The notes beneath the pieces are model-generated. The model was not told the origin of the DNA. It searched no databases and was given only the letters and a program-made list of their open reading frames with translations. The position numbers and the translations under genes are program-made. DNA of 64,000 bases from an uncultured Haloferacaceae archaeon. Lineage in GTDB: Archaea > Halobacteriota > Halobacteria > Halobacteriales > Haloferacaceae. The stretch is taken from NCBI GenBank assembly GCA_964512675.1, contig CAZEJR010000009.1, forward strand, positions 5,955 to 69,954. Reading direction: 5' to 3'. Positions 1 through 9,789 of the stretch are shown here, in pieces. How positions within the stretch are numbered: the stretch's first letter is position 1; the number at the start of each line of letters is the position of its first letter.

Positions 1-1492
1 GTCGGGTCGGCTCGACCCGGAGGTCGTCGTCGAGGTCGACGAACCCGCGGTCGACGAGCGACTCCAGCGTCTCGCGGGCACGAGCGCGGAGGTCGCCGCC
101 GTACCGCTCCGGGTCGTCGCGCGCCCGGACGGCGTAGAACGTGGTGTCGAGCCACGAGATGGCGTCGTCGAGGTCGTCGACCGTCCCGGTCGCGATCTCG
201 GCGTTCAGGTGGGCGTCGAGGTCGGCTGCCAGCCGCGACTCGATCCGCACCCCGTCGTCGAGCAGGCGCCGGTAGCGGCTGGCGTCGGCCTCGTCACAGA
301 CCACCCAGCCGTAACCCTCGTCGTCGTAGCCGGGGCGGCCAGCCCGACCGAGCATCTGGAGGACGTCGACCGGGGACACCTCGACCTCGCCCTCCAGCGG
401 GTCGTGGCGCTTCGTGTCGCGGATGACGACACACCGCGCCGGGAGGTTGACGCCCCACGCGAGCGTCGAGGTAGAGAACAGCACGGCGATCGTCCCGTCG
501 CGGAACCACGCCTCGACGCGGTCGCGGTCGGCCTTCGACAGCCCGGCGTGGTGGAACGCGACCCCGTCGACGACGGCGTGTCGCAGGTCCTCGTCGTCCA
601 GGTCTCTCGCCGCGGCGTGGAGGTCGTAGTCCCCCCGCGCGCCGACCGGGACGTCGCGTTCGGCGAGGACGTCTCGCGTCTTGCCGGCGGCGCGAACCGC
701 GTCCTGCCGTGAGGCGACGAACACGAGCGCCTGGCCGTCGGCGCGGACGTGCTCCTCGGCGATGTCGAGGGCGCGGTAGAGCCGGCGGTACTTGTCCGCG
801 AAGGTGTTCTCGCCGTGACGGTAGGTGGCGACAGACGCGGTCAGGTCGACGGGCCGGTGCTCCTCGCCGAAGTCGTAGGTCGTCTCCGGCGGCGCGTCGA
901 GCCACTCTGCGACGTCCGAGACGTTCTGCATCGTCGCCGACAGCGCGACGACCCGCGGGGCACAGAGCCGGCGCAGGCGGGAGACGACGGCCTCCAAGAC
1001 GCTCCCGCGCCGGTCGGAGTCGAGCAGGTGGACCTCGTCGACGACGACGCAGTCGACGTCCGTGACGAAGGCGTAGCGCGCGGAGTCGTGGTTCCGGGTC
1101 GCAGAGTCGGCCTTCTCCGGCGTCGTGACGAGGACGTCTGCGCGCTCCGCACGCCGAGGGTTCAGGTCGCGTTCGCCGCTGACGACGTAGACGGAGTAGC
1201 CGAGCTCCTCGAACCGGTCCCACTCGCGCTCGCGCTCGTTCGTCAGCGCACGCAGCGGCGCGACGAACAGCGCCGTACCGTCGCGACGGAGCGTGTCACA
1301 GATGGCGAGCTCCGCGACGGCGGTCTTGCCGCTCGCGGTGGGGGCACAGACGACGACGTTCTCGTCGGTCTCGAGGACGCCCGGCAGTGCCGCGTGCTGC
1401 ATCGCGTTGAACGCCTCGAACGGAAAGGCGTCGGCGAACTCGGGCAGGACGTCGGCGACACGGACACGGTCGGTCGCCTCGCCCTCACGCAT
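1..1492 (-). CDS. Ski2/Hel308-like DEAD/DEAH-box SF2 helicase (partial; C-terminus lies outside the window)
   Basis: Absent from the ORF track because it runs off the window edge. Manual reverse translation from the ATG (complement of 1490-1492) gives [10 protein letters not shown]...[10 protein letters not shown] (Walker A)...VVVDEVHLL (DEVH)...LSATMQN...LAWGVNLPA...[10 protein letters not shown] (motif VI). The + strand ORFs 209..712 and 749.. are its antisense shadows. Confidence 0.85.
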   Translation of the reverse strand, partial: MREGEATDRVRVADVLPEFADAFPFEAFNAMQHAALPGVLETDENVVVCAPTASGKTAVAELAICDTLRRDGTALFVAPLRALTNEREREWDRFEELGYSVYVVSGERDLNPRRAERADVLVTTPEKADSATRNHDSARYAFVTDVDCVVVDEVHLLDSDRRGSVLEAVVSRLRRLCAPRVVALSATMQNVSDVAEWLDAPPETTYDFGEEHRPVDLTASVATYRHGENTFADKYRRLYRALDIAEEHVRADGQALVFVASRQDAVRAAGKTRDVLAERDVPVGARGDYDLHAAARDLDDEDLRHAVVDGVAFHHAGLSKADRDRVEAWFRDGTIAVLFSTSTLAWGVNLPARCVVIRDTKRHDPLEGEVEVSPVDVLQMLGRAGRPGYDDEGYGWVVCDEADASRYRRLLDDGVRIESRLAADLDAHLNAEIATGTVDDLDDAISWLDTTFYAVRARDDPERYGGDLRARARETLESLVDRGFVDLDDDLRVEPTR

Positions 1493-1747
1493 TGTCGGCA
1501 GGCGGAGAGCCGCGGGCCTAAGAGTTCCGCTCCACGCGACGCGGTCGGCGCGGCTGTGCCGCGAGACCGTAGAGAGCGAGCCGACGCGGACGTCCGGGGC
1601 GGGGCGATGCACACCCCGGACCGCCGAGCCGCCGGGGGGACGCGTCGACCGTCGATCCGGGGTTTCGGCGGGCCTAAAGCCCGAGCCGGGCGATATCCGG
1701 GCGGTAAACAACAAGGTCTAATGTGGTGGGGCCCCGACGATCTGTTG

Positions 1748-2137
1748 ATGCCTACGGTCGAATACCTGAACTACGAGGTGCTCGATGACCACGGCTGGTC
1801 GCTCGACGACGACGACCTGTTCCAGAAGGCCAGCGACGAGGGGCTGGACGACGAGGACTACGGGTCGCTCGACGTCAACCAGGGCGAGTACATCCTCGAG
1901 GCGGCGGAGGCACAGGGCTACGACTGGCCGTTCTCCTGTCGCGCGGGCGCCTGCGCGAACTGTGCGGCGATCGTCCAAGAGGGAGAGATCGAGATGGACA
2001 TGCAGCAGATCCTCTCCGACGAGGAAGTCGAGGAGAAGGACGTTCGCCTGACCTGTATCGGCTCGCCGTCCGCCGACGAGGTCAGGATCGTCTACAACGC
2101 GAAGCACCTCGACTACCTCCAGAACCGCGTCATCTGA
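1748..2137 (+). CDS. fdx: 2Fe-2S ferredoxin, halobacterial type
   Basis: 129 aa starting at an internal ATG of ORF 749..2137: [14 protein letters not shown]...[13 protein letters not shown]...LTCIGSP. It has the plant-type 2Fe-2S Cys pattern and the acidic N-terminal extension typical of haloarchaeal ferredoxin. Confidence 0.95.
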   Translation: MPTVEYLNYEVLDDHGWSLDDDDLFQKASDEGLDDEDYGSLDVNQGEYILEAAEAQGYDWPFSCRAGACANCAAIVQEGEIEMDMQQILSDEEVEEKDVRLTCIGSPSADEVRIVYNAKHLDYLQNRVI

Positions 2138-2242
2138 CGCGGTAGCGGGTCGCCTGCGCGGCCCCTCTCGCTGGTCGGCGTGACCGTCCCGCACCGTGCC
2201 CGCAACCACCAGAGCTAATCCCGGTCGCCGTCCACGGCTGTC

Positions 2243-3223
2243 GTGGTCACGGCGAGCACACCCGACCTCCTGCGACTGGTCGCGGTTCCCGCCTTCGGCT
2301 ACGCGGCGTGGACCGACCTCCGTACCCGTCGGGTGACGAACCGGCTGTGGCCGCCGCTCGTCGTCCTCGGACTCGTTCTCCTCGCCGTCGAGGGCTGGAG
2401 CCGGGTGCCGCCCGCGGCGATCGGCGACCGGCGCTTCCTGATTCGGGTCGCGGCGAGCGTCGGAGTAGTCGTCCCGCTGTCGTATCTGCTCTGGCGTGTC
2501 GGCGGAGTCGGCGGCGCAGACGCGAAGGCGTTCATCACCGTCGCGGTGCTCCTCCCGACGTACCCGGCGTACTTCCTGCCCGGCCTCGCGCTCCCGGTCG
2601 TCCGCACGGCAGCCGGGCTGTTCTCGCTCACCGTCGTCACGAACGCCGTCCTCGTCGGCGCGGCATACCCGCTGGCGGTCGGAGTGCGAAACGCCGTCGA
2701 CGGCGTGGTCGCCCCGACGATGTTCCTCGCGCGGCGTGTGACGGTCGAGGACCTCGGCGAGCGCCACGGACGGCTGTTCGAGACAGCCGACGGCCGGACG
2801 CGGCGGGGACTCGACCTCGACGCTCTGCGGATGTACCTGCGCTGGCGCGGGACGACGCTGTCGGCGCTCCGTGCCGACCCGGCGGGCCACCGCGACCCGT
2901 CGAGCGTCGGCGAGACGGCCCCGGTCGGCGACGGCGGGGTCGACGGACCGCCGGTGACCGACGGCGGAACGGCCGACGAGACGACGGACGGTGCCGACGA
3001 CCCGTGGGCCGCCGACCGGTTCACCGACGAGGTCGGCGAGCCGTACGGGACGACGCCGGAGACGCTCCGGGAGGGGCTGCGGGTCGTCACGGACCCCGAC
3101 CGCGAGACGGTGTGGATCAGCCCCGGCATCCCGTTCGTCGTCCCGACGTTCGTCGGACTCGTCGTCGCCCTGACCTACGGCGACCTGCTGTTCGGGCTCC
3201 TGGCCGCCGTCGGCGGCGGGTGA
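2243..3223 (+). CDS. pibD: A24-family prepilin/preflagellin signal peptidase (PibD/FlaK-like), polytopic membrane protein
   Basis: GTG start. Catalytic-Asp contexts [10 protein letters not shown] and GGADAKAF, multiple TM segments, acidic soluble insertion. Confidence 0.8.
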   Translation: MVTASTPDLLRLVAVPAFGYAAWTDLRTRRVTNRLWPPLVVLGLVLLAVEGWSRVPPAAIGDRRFLIRVAASVGVVVPLSYLLWRVGGVGGADAKAFITVAVLLPTYPAYFLPGLALPVVRTAAGLFSLTVVTNAVLVGAAYPLAVGVRNAVDGVVAPTMFLARRVTVEDLGERHGRLFETADGRTRRGLDLDALRMYLRWRGTTLSALRADPAGHRDPSSVGETAPVGDGGVDGPPVTDGGTADETTDGADDPWAADRFTDEVGEPYGTTPETLREGLRVVTDPDRETVWISPGIPFVVPTFVGLVVALTYGDLLFGLLAAVGGG

Positions 3224-3257
3224 AAAGACCTATCGGCACGTCCGCGGTACGGGGGTC

Positions 3258-3641
3258 GTGACCGACGCCGACGCCGTCCCCGACGTCGACCTCGACTTCG
3301 GCGGCGACGGACTCGTCCCCGTCGTGGCACAGGACGCCGACTCCGGCGAGGTGCTGATGCTCGCGTACGCGACACGCGAGGCCGTCACGCGGACCCGCGA
3401 GACGGGCCGGGCGCACTACTACTCGCGGTCGCGCGACGAACTCTGGGAGAAGGGCGCGACGAGCGGCCACACCCAGCGCGTCGACGAGGTCCGGGTCGAC
3501 TGTGACGGCGACGCCTTGCTCTACCGGGTGCGACAGGCCGGCGGCGCCTGTCACACCGGCTTCCGCTCCTGTTTCTACCGCACGCTCGGCGGCGAGACGG
3601 TCGGTGACCGCGTGTTCGACCCCGACGAGGTGTACGAGTGA
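3258..3641 (+). CDS. hisI: phosphoribosyl-AMP cyclohydrolase
   Basis: 127 aa: [25 protein letters not shown]...[13 protein letters not shown]...DCDGDALLY...[12 protein letters not shown]. These are characteristic HisI motifs. Confidence 0.9.
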   Translation: MTDADAVPDVDLDFGGDGLVPVVAQDADSGEVLMLAYATREAVTRTRETGRAHYYSRSRDELWEKGATSGHTQRVDEVRVDCDGDALLYRVRQAGGACHTGFRSCFYRTLGGETVGDRVFDPDEVYE

Positions 3642-4786
3642 CGTCGGGCGGGGACGGGGAGTCGACGGCGGCACTCCTCGACCGCGCCCGGTCGGCCGCA
3701 GAGCGGGTCGAGCGGCTGGCGTCGGAGGCTGCCCGCGCCCGCGAGGCAGTCGCCGACGTCGGCGAGCGCCGGGTCACAGCAGCCGCCGACGCCCACGACG
3801 AGGCCGTTGCCCTGCTGGACCGGTACGAGGAGCGCGCGACCGGCACCGGCAACTTCGAGGCGTACTTGGAGTTCCAGGGTCGGTTCCTCGAGCTCGTCGA
3901 GGGGCTGGACGACGACCTGCCCGGCCACGAGTCGTTCGAGGAGGCCGGCGATGCGATGGACCGCCGGCGCCTCCGCGAGCGGGACTTCGACCGGGCGCGG
4001 GAGGCGCTCGCGGAGGTCGAGCGGTACCGGGATATGCTGGACCGCCAGGCGGATGCCGCCGACCGCCACCGGAGCGCGCGCCACGACGCCCGCGAGGTTC
4101 GCGACGCGGTGGCAGACCGCATCGCGGCGCTAGAGCGCACCCGCGAACTCGGCGACGCGGATCTCGACGCGCCGGTCGAGCGGATCAGAGCGCCCGTGAC
4201 GGCGCACGACGAGGCCGTCCGCGAGGCGTTCGACGAGTTCTACCGCGAGGCGAGCGCCCGCGACCTGTTCGCGTGGCTGGAGACGACGGAGTCGTACCCG
4301 CTCGTCGGCCTGCGTCGACCGCCGCGGGGCGTGCGGGAGTACGTCGAGCACCACGCGGCGGGCGAGCGCCCGGTCGCCGACCTCCTCGAGTACGCCGACT
4401 ACTCCGCGTCGAAGCTCGCTCACTACGTCGACGACCCCGGCGCGCTCCGTGCGAAGGTGGCGGCTCACCGAACCTATCTCGAGCGGCTGGACGCCGAGCC
4501 GCTGACCGTCGGGTGGCCGCCCCCGGACGCCGAGCGCCTGCGGTGGCTCGGCGAGGAGCTCGTCGCGGTCGTCGGGCGGTTCGCCGACGAGGAGACCGTC
4601 GCACGCACCCGGACGGTCCGGAACCTGCCGCGCGAGACGGACTACGAGCGTCTGCGCCGGGCGGCGGTGGCGCGCGAGGAGTTGGACGAGGCCGAGCGGG
4701 AGCGGCTGCGCGACGGACGGGTCGCGGAGGACCTCGAGGCGCTCCGCGAGGCGCGGGCGGGCCTCGACACGGCGCTCACGGACTGA
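3638..4786 (+). CDS. conserved acidic hypothetical protein, predicted helical or coiled-coil
   Basis: 382-aa ORF with haloarchaeal acidic composition. Its GTG start overlaps the hisI stop (GTGA). No catalytic motif recognised. Confidence 0.6.
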   Translation: MTSGGDGESTAALLDRARSAAERVERLASEAARAREAVADVGERRVTAAADAHDEAVALLDRYEERATGTGNFEAYLEFQGRFLELVEGLDDDLPGHESFEEAGDAMDRRRLRERDFDRAREALAEVERYRDMLDRQADAADRHRSARHDAREVRDAVADRIAALERTRELGDADLDAPVERIRAPVTAHDEAVREAFDEFYREASARDLFAWLETTESYPLVGLRRPPRGVREYVEHHAAGERPVADLLEYADYSASKLAHYVDDPGALRAKVAAHRTYLERLDAEPLTVGWPPPDAERLRWLGEELVAVVGRFADEETVARTRTVRNLPRETDYERLRRAAVAREELDEAERERLRDGRVAEDLEALREARAGLDTALTD

Positions 4787-6116
4787 CCGCGTCGACGGCG
4801 TCGTCTGCGAGGGCCGCGGCGCGGTCGGGATCAGTCGCCTCCGCGTACACCCGCACGACGGGTTCGGTGCCGGACGGGCGGACGAGGAGCCAGCCGTCTC
4901 CGAACGCCATCCGGTAGCCGTCGGTCGTGTCGAGGTCGGCACCGGTCGCCTCGGCGAAGGCCCGTGCCGACGCGAGGATCTCGGCGCGCTCGTCGTCGTC
5001 GTCGTACGGCAGGTTCCGCCGCACCGCGTGGTAGTCGCGGTACGGCGCGACAGCCTCGCTGGCCGGCTGGTCGGCGACGAGCGAGAGAAACCGGGCGGCG
5101 GCGAGGGCGCCGTCGCGCGCGAGACGGTCCTCGGGAAAGAACACACCGCCGTTGCCCTCGCCGGCGACCGGGACACGGACGCCCTCGCGCCGGAGCTCCC
5201 GGACCCGCGTGACGATGCTCGTCGCGCCGATCGGCGTGAGCTCGAGGCGCGCGTCCGCCGCCTCCACGACGTCGACGACACGGCTCGAGACGTTCACCGC
5301 GGAGACGACGGCGTCGCCGGGAGAGAGCGAGGCCGCACAGAGCGCGGCGAGACTGGACTCGCCCGGGATCGACTCGCCGCGCTCGTCGACGAAGACGGCC
5401 CGGTCGGCGTCGCCGTCGTGGGCCACGCCGACGTCCGCGTCTGCCGCCCGGACCAGCCGACACAGGTCGGCGAGCGCCTCGGGTACCGGTTCCGGCTCCC
5501 GGCCCGGGAAGCCGCCGTCGGGCTGGCCGTTGACCGTCACGACGCGACAGCCGAGCTCGCGGAAGAACGCGGGCGAGGTGAGTGCCCCGGCGCCGTGACC
5601 GGGGTCGAGCGCGACGGTCAGGCCGAGGTCGACGTCGCCGACGGCGTCGACCAAGTCGGCGACGTACGCCTCGCGGGCGTCGTCGACGGCGTGGGCCCGG
5701 CCCACCTCGTCCCACCGCGCCTCGTCGACGGGGCGGTCGAAGACGTGCGCCTCGACGCGTTCCAGGGCGTCGGCGGTCAGCTCGACGCCCTCGTCGTCTA
5801 TCAGCTTCAGACCGTTGTAGTCCGCCGGGTTGTGCGACGCGGTGACGACGAGGGCGGGGACGCTCTCGCGCGCGCAGTGTGCGGCGACGCCGGGCGTCGG
5901 GAGGACACCGAGCCGCGAGACGTCGACGCCGACGCTCGCGAGTCCGCTCGCGGCGGCGTCGGCCAGCATCTCGCCCGAAGTCCGGGTGTCGCGACCGAGG
6001 GCGACAGCGGGGGCGTCCCAGACGGTTCCGGCGGCGCGGGCGACCCGGAGGACGAGCGACGGCGTCATCGCCTCGCCGACGGTCCCGCGCGTACCGCTGG
6101 ACCCGAACAGCTCCAT
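4776..6116 (-). CDS. glmM: phosphoglucosamine mutase / phosphomannomutase family enzyme
   Basis: MELFGSSGTRG..., phosphoserine loop TASHNPADYNGLK, Mg site DGDADR. Start moved to the internal ATG (complement of 6114-6116) because the longer N-terminus is Arg-rich. Confidence 0.85.
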   Translation of the reverse strand: MELFGSSGTRGTVGEAMTPSLVLRVARAAGTVWDAPAVALGRDTRTSGEMLADAAASGLASVGVDVSRLGVLPTPGVAAHCARESVPALVVTASHNPADYNGLKLIDDEGVELTADALERVEAHVFDRPVDEARWDEVGRAHAVDDAREAYVADLVDAVGDVDLGLTVALDPGHGAGALTSPAFFRELGCRVVTVNGQPDGGFPGREPEPVPEALADLCRLVRAADADVGVAHDGDADRAVFVDERGESIPGESSLAALCAASLSPGDAVVSAVNVSSRVVDVVEAADARLELTPIGATSIVTRVRELRREGVRVPVAGEGNGGVFFPEDRLARDGALAAARFLSLVADQPASEAVAPYRDYHAVRRNLPYDDDDERAEILASARAFAEATGADLDTTDGYRMAFGDGWLLVRPSGTEPVVRVYAEATDPDRAAALADDAVDAVSP

Positions 6117-6283
6117 GCGAGGGATGCCGGAGGACCGGGGAAAATCGTTGCGGGCGCGGGACACACGGAGCGCCGGGCGAGACGACACGGCTCACGGACC
6201 GTGGCGACACGGCGAGACGGCGACGGTCGCCGTGGCGTCCGGCGAGCGCCAGCGCTTTGCCCGCCCGGCTGTCACCCTCGCCC

Positions 6284-7006
6284 GTGTTCCAGTCGTTCGA
6301 GGTTGTCCCGGCTGTCGACGTCGAGGACGGCGAGACGGTCCAGCTTGTCGGCGGCGAGCGCGGCACCGGACGACGCCACGGCGACCCCGTCGCAGCCGCG
6401 GAGCGGTGGGTCGAGGAGGGTGCGCGGACGCTCCACCTCGTCGACCTCGACGGTGCGTTCGAGGGCGAGCGCCGGAACGCCGACGTCTTCGCGCGGATCG
6501 CAGACCGCGTCGACGTCTCGATCCAGGTCGGCGGCGGGATACGGACGGCGACCGACGCGCGCGCACTGCTCGACGCCGGCGTCGACCGCGTGATCCTCGG
6601 CACCGCCGCCGTCGAGGAGCCCGACCTGGTGCGGCGGGTCGCCGCGGACCACCCCGACGGGGTGCTAGTGAGCCTCGACGCGAGCGACGGCGAGGTGGTG
6701 GTGTCCGGCTGGACGGAGGGGACGGGACTGGACCCGGCGGAGACCGCGCGGCGATACGCGGACCTCGGCGCCGCGGGCGTCCTGTTCACCGACGTCGACG
6801 TCGAGGGGCAGATGGCGGGCGTGCGCGCAGACCGGGTCCGGCGCGTCGTCGAGGCAGCCGACGTGCCGGTCGTCGCGAGCGGCGGCGTGGCGACGCTCGA
6901 CGACGTGGCGGCGCTCCGCGAGGCCGGCGCCGCCGCCGTCGTGGTCGGCACCGCGCTGTACGAGGGCGTGTTCACGCTCCGCGAGGCGACGCGAGAGGGG
7001 AACTGA
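6284..7006 (+). CDS. hisA: ProFAR isomerase (1-(5-phosphoribosyl)-5-[(5-phosphoribosylamino)methylideneamino]imidazole-4-carboxamide isomerase)
   Basis: A GTG start gives [16 protein letters not shown]...LHLVDLDGA...IQVGGGIR...VILGTAA...VASGGV...VVVGTALY. The upstream part of ORF 5879..7006 is Arg-rich junk. Confidence 0.9.
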   Translation: MFQSFEVVPAVDVEDGETVQLVGGERGTGRRHGDPVAAAERWVEEGARTLHLVDLDGAFEGERRNADVFARIADRVDVSIQVGGGIRTATDARALLDAGVDRVILGTAAVEEPDLVRRVAADHPDGVLVSLDASDGEVVVSGWTEGTGLDPAETARRYADLGAAGVLFTDVDVEGQMAGVRADRVRRVVEAADVPVVASGGVATLDDVAALREAGAAAVVVGTALYEGVFTLREATREGN

Positions 7007-7034
7007 CAAGCCGCCGGGGGACAGCCGACCGGGC

Positions 7035-7625
7035 ATGGGAGAGAGTCGCGCCGCCGCGCGGACCCGCGAGACGACGGAGACGAGCGTCGAGGTGACACTC
7101 GACGTCGACGGCGACGGGGAGGCCCGGGTGGACACCGGAATCGGCTTCTTCGACCACATGCTGAGGGCGCTCGCGAAACACGGTCTGTTCGACCTCACCG
7201 TCGACTGCGACGGCGACCTGGAGGTCGACGACCACCACACCGTCGAGGACGTCGCGATCGTCCTCGGCGAGGCGCTCGACGAGGCCCTCGGCGACCGCCG
7301 GGGGATCCGGCGGTTCGCCGACCGTCGGGTGCCGCTCGACGAGGCCGTCGCCGCGGTGGTGCTCGACGTCTCCGGGCGCCCGCACTTCGAGTTCGACGGG
7401 GCGTTCTCCCAAGAGCGCGTCGGCGGGTTCTCCGCCGCGATGGCGCCACACTTCGCGCGGTCGCTCGCGACGAACGCCGGGCTGACGCTCCACCTCGCGG
7501 TCGAGGGGGAGAACGCCCACCACGAGGTCGAGGCCGTGTTCAAGTCGCTGGCACGCGCGCTCGACGACGCCACACGGGTCGACGGGCGGCGGAGCGACGC
7601 GCCGAGTACGAAAGGCGAGCTCTGA
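7035..7625 (+). CDS. hisB: imidazoleglycerol-phosphate dehydratase
   Basis: [17 protein letters not shown]...GIGFFDHML...DDHHTVEDV...[13 protein letters not shown]. Classic HisB motifs. Confidence 0.95.
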   Translation: MGESRAAARTRETTETSVEVTLDVDGDGEARVDTGIGFFDHMLRALAKHGLFDLTVDCDGDLEVDDHHTVEDVAIVLGEALDEALGDRRGIRRFADRRVPLDEAVAAVVLDVSGRPHFEFDGAFSQERVGGFSAAMAPHFARSLATNAGLTLHLAVEGENAHHEVEAVFKSLARALDDATRVDGRRSDAPSTKGEL

Positions 7626-7634
7626 GCCGTCGGT

Positions 7635-8045
7635 CTACCGCAGGTACGTCTCGTCCTGGCCGAACGGATCCATCGGCGTCTGCTCGCGGAGGAACTCGTC
7701 GAACGCCGCGAGGCCTCCCGGCGGCAGGCCGACGTCCTCGAGACGTCGCTCGGCGAACTGCCGCAGCTCCGCGAGCGCGGCGGCGTGCATCTCGCAGGAT
7801 CCGGGGTCGAGCCGCGGAAACCGGTCGAGCACCTCGACTTTCGGCGTCGGCTCGTCGGGCGTGGCCTCGCCGAGGTGGACGAGCGTGCGCGCGACGAGCA
7901 CGGAGACGGACGAGCCGTCGCAGTAGTGGCGGCTGATCCTGAAGAACCGGTCGGCCCGTGGCGTTGCCTGGAGCCGCCACCCGCCACAGTCGATCGCGAA
8001 CCCCCGGCGCCGGCCCGCAGGGTCGTGTCGGCGCAGCCGAGGCAT
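7635..8045 (-). CDS. hypothetical protein
   Basis: 136-aa ORF with plausible composition and high third-position GC. It fills the gap between hisB and the ACT-domain gene. No family recognised. Confidence 0.5.
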   Translation of the reverse strand: MPRLRRHDPAGRRRGFAIDCGGWRLQATPRADRFFRISRHYCDGSSVSVLVARTLVHLGEATPDEPTPKVEVLDRFPRLDPGSCEMHAAALAELRQFAERRLEDVGLPPGGLAAFDEFLREQTPMDPFGQDETYLR

Positions 8046-8154
8046 CGTCCGCCGCGTCGACCGCCCGGCGAATAAGCCCCGCGGCCCGCACGACGCGCGT
8101 CAGACGGGCGCCGCGACACGCCTAAGTCCGCGCCGGACGACCGCAAGACGATCC

Positions 8155-8655
8155 GTGTTCGACGAGATCATAGGAAAGTTCGCCGGAAGTCCGGGCCAGC
8201 AGGCGGTGGTCCGTCTCCTCTTGGAGCGAGGGTTCTCCGTCAACGACGAGGGCCGGGTCGTCTCCGGCGGGATCGAGATCCCCGACACCGGGATCGCCCG
8301 CGAGGCCGGCGTCGACCGCCGGGTCGTCGACTCGACAGCCGACGCGGTTCGCGAGGACCCGGAGCTCCGGCGGATCTTCGGCAACATCTCCGCAATCCCG
8401 AGCCTGATGGACCTCGCGCCGGTGCTCGACCTCTCGGTCCTCACCGTGTGGGTCGAGGACGAGACGCGACACGGCATCGTCGCGGAGATAGCCGGACTGC
8501 TCGCCGACCACGAGATAAGCATCCGGCAGATCATCAGCGAGGACCCCGAGTTCGCGACGGACCCGAAGCTCTACCTCGTCACCGACACCCGGCCGCCGGG
8601 CGACCTGCTCGTCGCGGTCCGGGAGCTGCCGTACGTGCGCCGCGTCGAGTTCTGA
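8155..8655 (+). CDS. ACT-domain regulator of amino-acid metabolism (COG2150-like)
   Basis: 166 aa. N-terminal HTH-like region (QQAVVRLLLERGFSV...IAREAGVDRRVV) and C-terminal ACT-like region (LTVWVEDETRHGIVAEIAGLLADHEISIRQI). Confidence 0.75.
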   Translation: MFDEIIGKFAGSPGQQAVVRLLLERGFSVNDEGRVVSGGIEIPDTGIAREAGVDRRVVDSTADAVREDPELRRIFGNISAIPSLMDLAPVLDLSVLTVWVEDETRHGIVAEIAGLLADHEISIRQIISEDPEFATDPKLYLVTDTRPPGDLLVAVRELPYVRRVEF

Positions 8656-8875
8656 TCCGTCGACCCCCTGGAGCTTCGAGGAGCCGACGGGATCACTACC
8701 CTCCGAACGTCCGGTACGACTCGCCGTGCCCGCGAACCGGGCACGGGTCCAGACGAACCCGCTGTGGGGGTGGAGCCTGCCGTATCCCCACGGACACCCC
8801 GGCTCGTGTGCGTTCCACGACGAACTCTCGACGAACGGACTGACACGCAGTGACTGTCTCCTGGCAGGAGCCGGG

Positions 8876-9286
8876 TCAGGACCAGACGGTCGGTGCTTCG
8901 CTGGCGATCTGTCCGTCTGCGGTGACGACTGCTTCGGTGTCGCGCACCCGGTGGCTCGCGACGATCATCGCGTGGTGAATCTGGCTCGGGAACGGGTCGA
9001 GCAGCGGGATCACCTCGCGGAGCGTCGAGCGGTCGTCGGCGACGACGGTCACGGGAAGGAAGCGGTCGAGTGCGTCGGCGATGTCGGCGGGGGCTGTCGA
9101 GACGGTGGTGCCGCGCACGGCGACGCCTTTCGCGGCCATGTAGACGGGGTCTGTCGCGGCGATGGTCGGGTGTTCGAGGATGACATCGCCGCGCTCCGCC
9201 TGATCGAACAACTCCGACGCGGCTGTGGGAAGTGCGTCGACGAGGTAGCCGAGCAGCGCGTCTGCGTCGACGGTGTGGCTATCCAT
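8876..9286 (-). CDS. vapC: PIN-domain ribonuclease toxin (VapC family)
   Basis: MDSHTVDADALLGYLV... with conserved acidic residues (D at position 6, ...TDPVY...ADD...). The start ATG overlaps the stop of the upstream antitoxin gene (ATGA at 9284-9288). Locally lower GC than the flanks. Confidence 0.75.
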   Translation of the reverse strand: MDSHTVDADALLGYLVDALPTAASELFDQAERGDVILEHPTIAATDPVYMAAKGVAVRGTTVSTAPADIADALDRFLPVTVVADDRSTLREVIPLLDPFPSQIHHAMIVASHRVRDTEAVVTADGQIASEAPTVWS

Positions 9287-9561
9287 CAGTCGACTGCCCA
9301 CTCGCCGTCGCGCGCCTCGCGGAGCTCCTGGGTGAACGCCTCTGCGGCTTCTTCGCGCGCCTCGCGGTCCATACCGTCGGGCGCGAGCGTCCCGCGGCCC
9401 GCGGAGCGGTCGGCACGCACGACACGAAGACCGTCGTCGTCCTCGATCCACACGACCTCGTCGCCGGGCTCGATCCCGTACTTCTCTCGGAGGGCCTTCG
9501 GAATCGTCGTCTGTCCTCTCGCCGTGACGCGGGTGGTCTCGGAGTCGTCTGTCTGACTCAC
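9286..9561 (-). CDS. vapB: AbrB/SpoVT/MazE-type antitoxin (VapB family)
   Basis: 91 aa, GTG start: TRVTARGQTTIPKALREKYGIEPGDEVVW, a SpoVT-AbrB swapped-hairpin motif. Acidic C-terminal tail. Translationally coupled to vapC. Confidence 0.8.
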   Translation of the reverse strand: MSQTDDSETTRVTARGQTTIPKALREKYGIEPGDEVVWIEDDDGLRVVRADRSAGRGTLAPDGMDREAREEAAEAFTQELREARDGEWAVD

Positions 9562-9630
9562 GTCGGTAGTACTGTCTGTAAGAACGTATCCGTTCGTCTC
9601 ACAGACACGCGGCCCTCTCGCGCACCACTC

Positions 9631-9722
9631 GTTTCAGACGACGTCGTGGGGTTGAATCCGCACCGGCGTCGGCGACGGCGAGGGTATCCCCGTTTCAGAC
9701 GACCCCGTCGCGGGGTCGGAAC
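9631..9722 (+). CRISPR. degenerate two-repeat mini-CRISPR (pseudo-repeat, 33-nt spacer, pseudo-repeat), creA-like
   Basis: R1 is 9631-9658 (GTTTCAGACGACGTCGTGGGGTTGAATC). The spacer is 9659-9691. R2 is 9692-9722 (GTTTCAGACGACCCCGTCGCGGGGTCGGAAC). The first 12 nt of both repeats are identical. Both resemble the haloarchaeal type I-B repeat as I recall it (GTTTCAGACGAACCCTTGTGGGGTTGAAGC). R2 contains a perfect 7-bp hairpin, GACCCCG-TCG-CGGGGTC. Confidence 0.6.
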
Positions 9723-9760
9723 ACCCGAGCGCCGGGCGCGTCCCGGCGCGACCGTAGCAC

Positions 9761-9768
9761 TCATATCG
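9761..9768 (+). promoter_or_regulatory. putative TATA-like box for a leaderless yigZ transcript
   Basis: TCATATCG is the only AT-rich patch upstream of yigZ. It is centred about 26 nt before the GTG at 9790, the spacing expected for haloarchaeal leaderless mRNAs. Confidence 0.3.
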
Positions 9769-9789
9769 CGTGCGCGCCCGGCGGCGCCC

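Noticed and set aside
749-1747. Long N-terminal extensions of track ORFs: 749..2137 before ferredoxin, 5879..6283 before hisA, 34717..36549 before the p27-like gene, 59206..60480 before the acyl-CoA dehydrogenase, 33365..33727 before uvrC, and 29147..29278 before ligA.
   Set aside because: The extensions are antisense or off-frame read-through of neighbouring genes and are Arg-rich. The recognisable protein begins at an internal ATG or GTG that matches family N-termini.
4831-7098. Very long ORFs rich in Arg, Pro, Gly and Ala. Examples: 4831..7098 (-), 755 aa; 26369..28471 (+), 700 aa; 22586..24388 (-), 600 aa; 55711..57366 (-), 551 aa; 46151..48031 (-), 626 aa; 33644..35557 (-), 637 aa; and many shorter ones.
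   Set aside because: Their composition (runs of R, P, G, A) is what off-frame or antisense translation of about 70% GC DNA produces. Each fully overlaps a gene with clear family motifs in another frame. None contains a recognisable motif.
9573-9630. Possible third, more degenerate repeat upstream of R1 (GTATCCGTTCGTCTCACAGAC resembles GTATCCCCGTTTCAGAC at the spacer/R2 junction).
   Set aside because: The alignment needs several indels, and the spacing to R1 (about 42 nt) is too short for a repeat-spacer unit. I treated it as possible operator or leader sequence rather than a repeat.
9646-9662. tRNA T-arm look-alike (GTGGGGTTGAATCCGCAC).
   Set aside because: The flanking 5-mers do not pair (GTGGG versus CCGCA), and no acceptor, D or anticodon arms can be drawn. 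The GGGGTTGAA block is better explained as the 3' end of a CRISPR-type repeat. I found no convincing tRNA or rRNA anywhere in the window.
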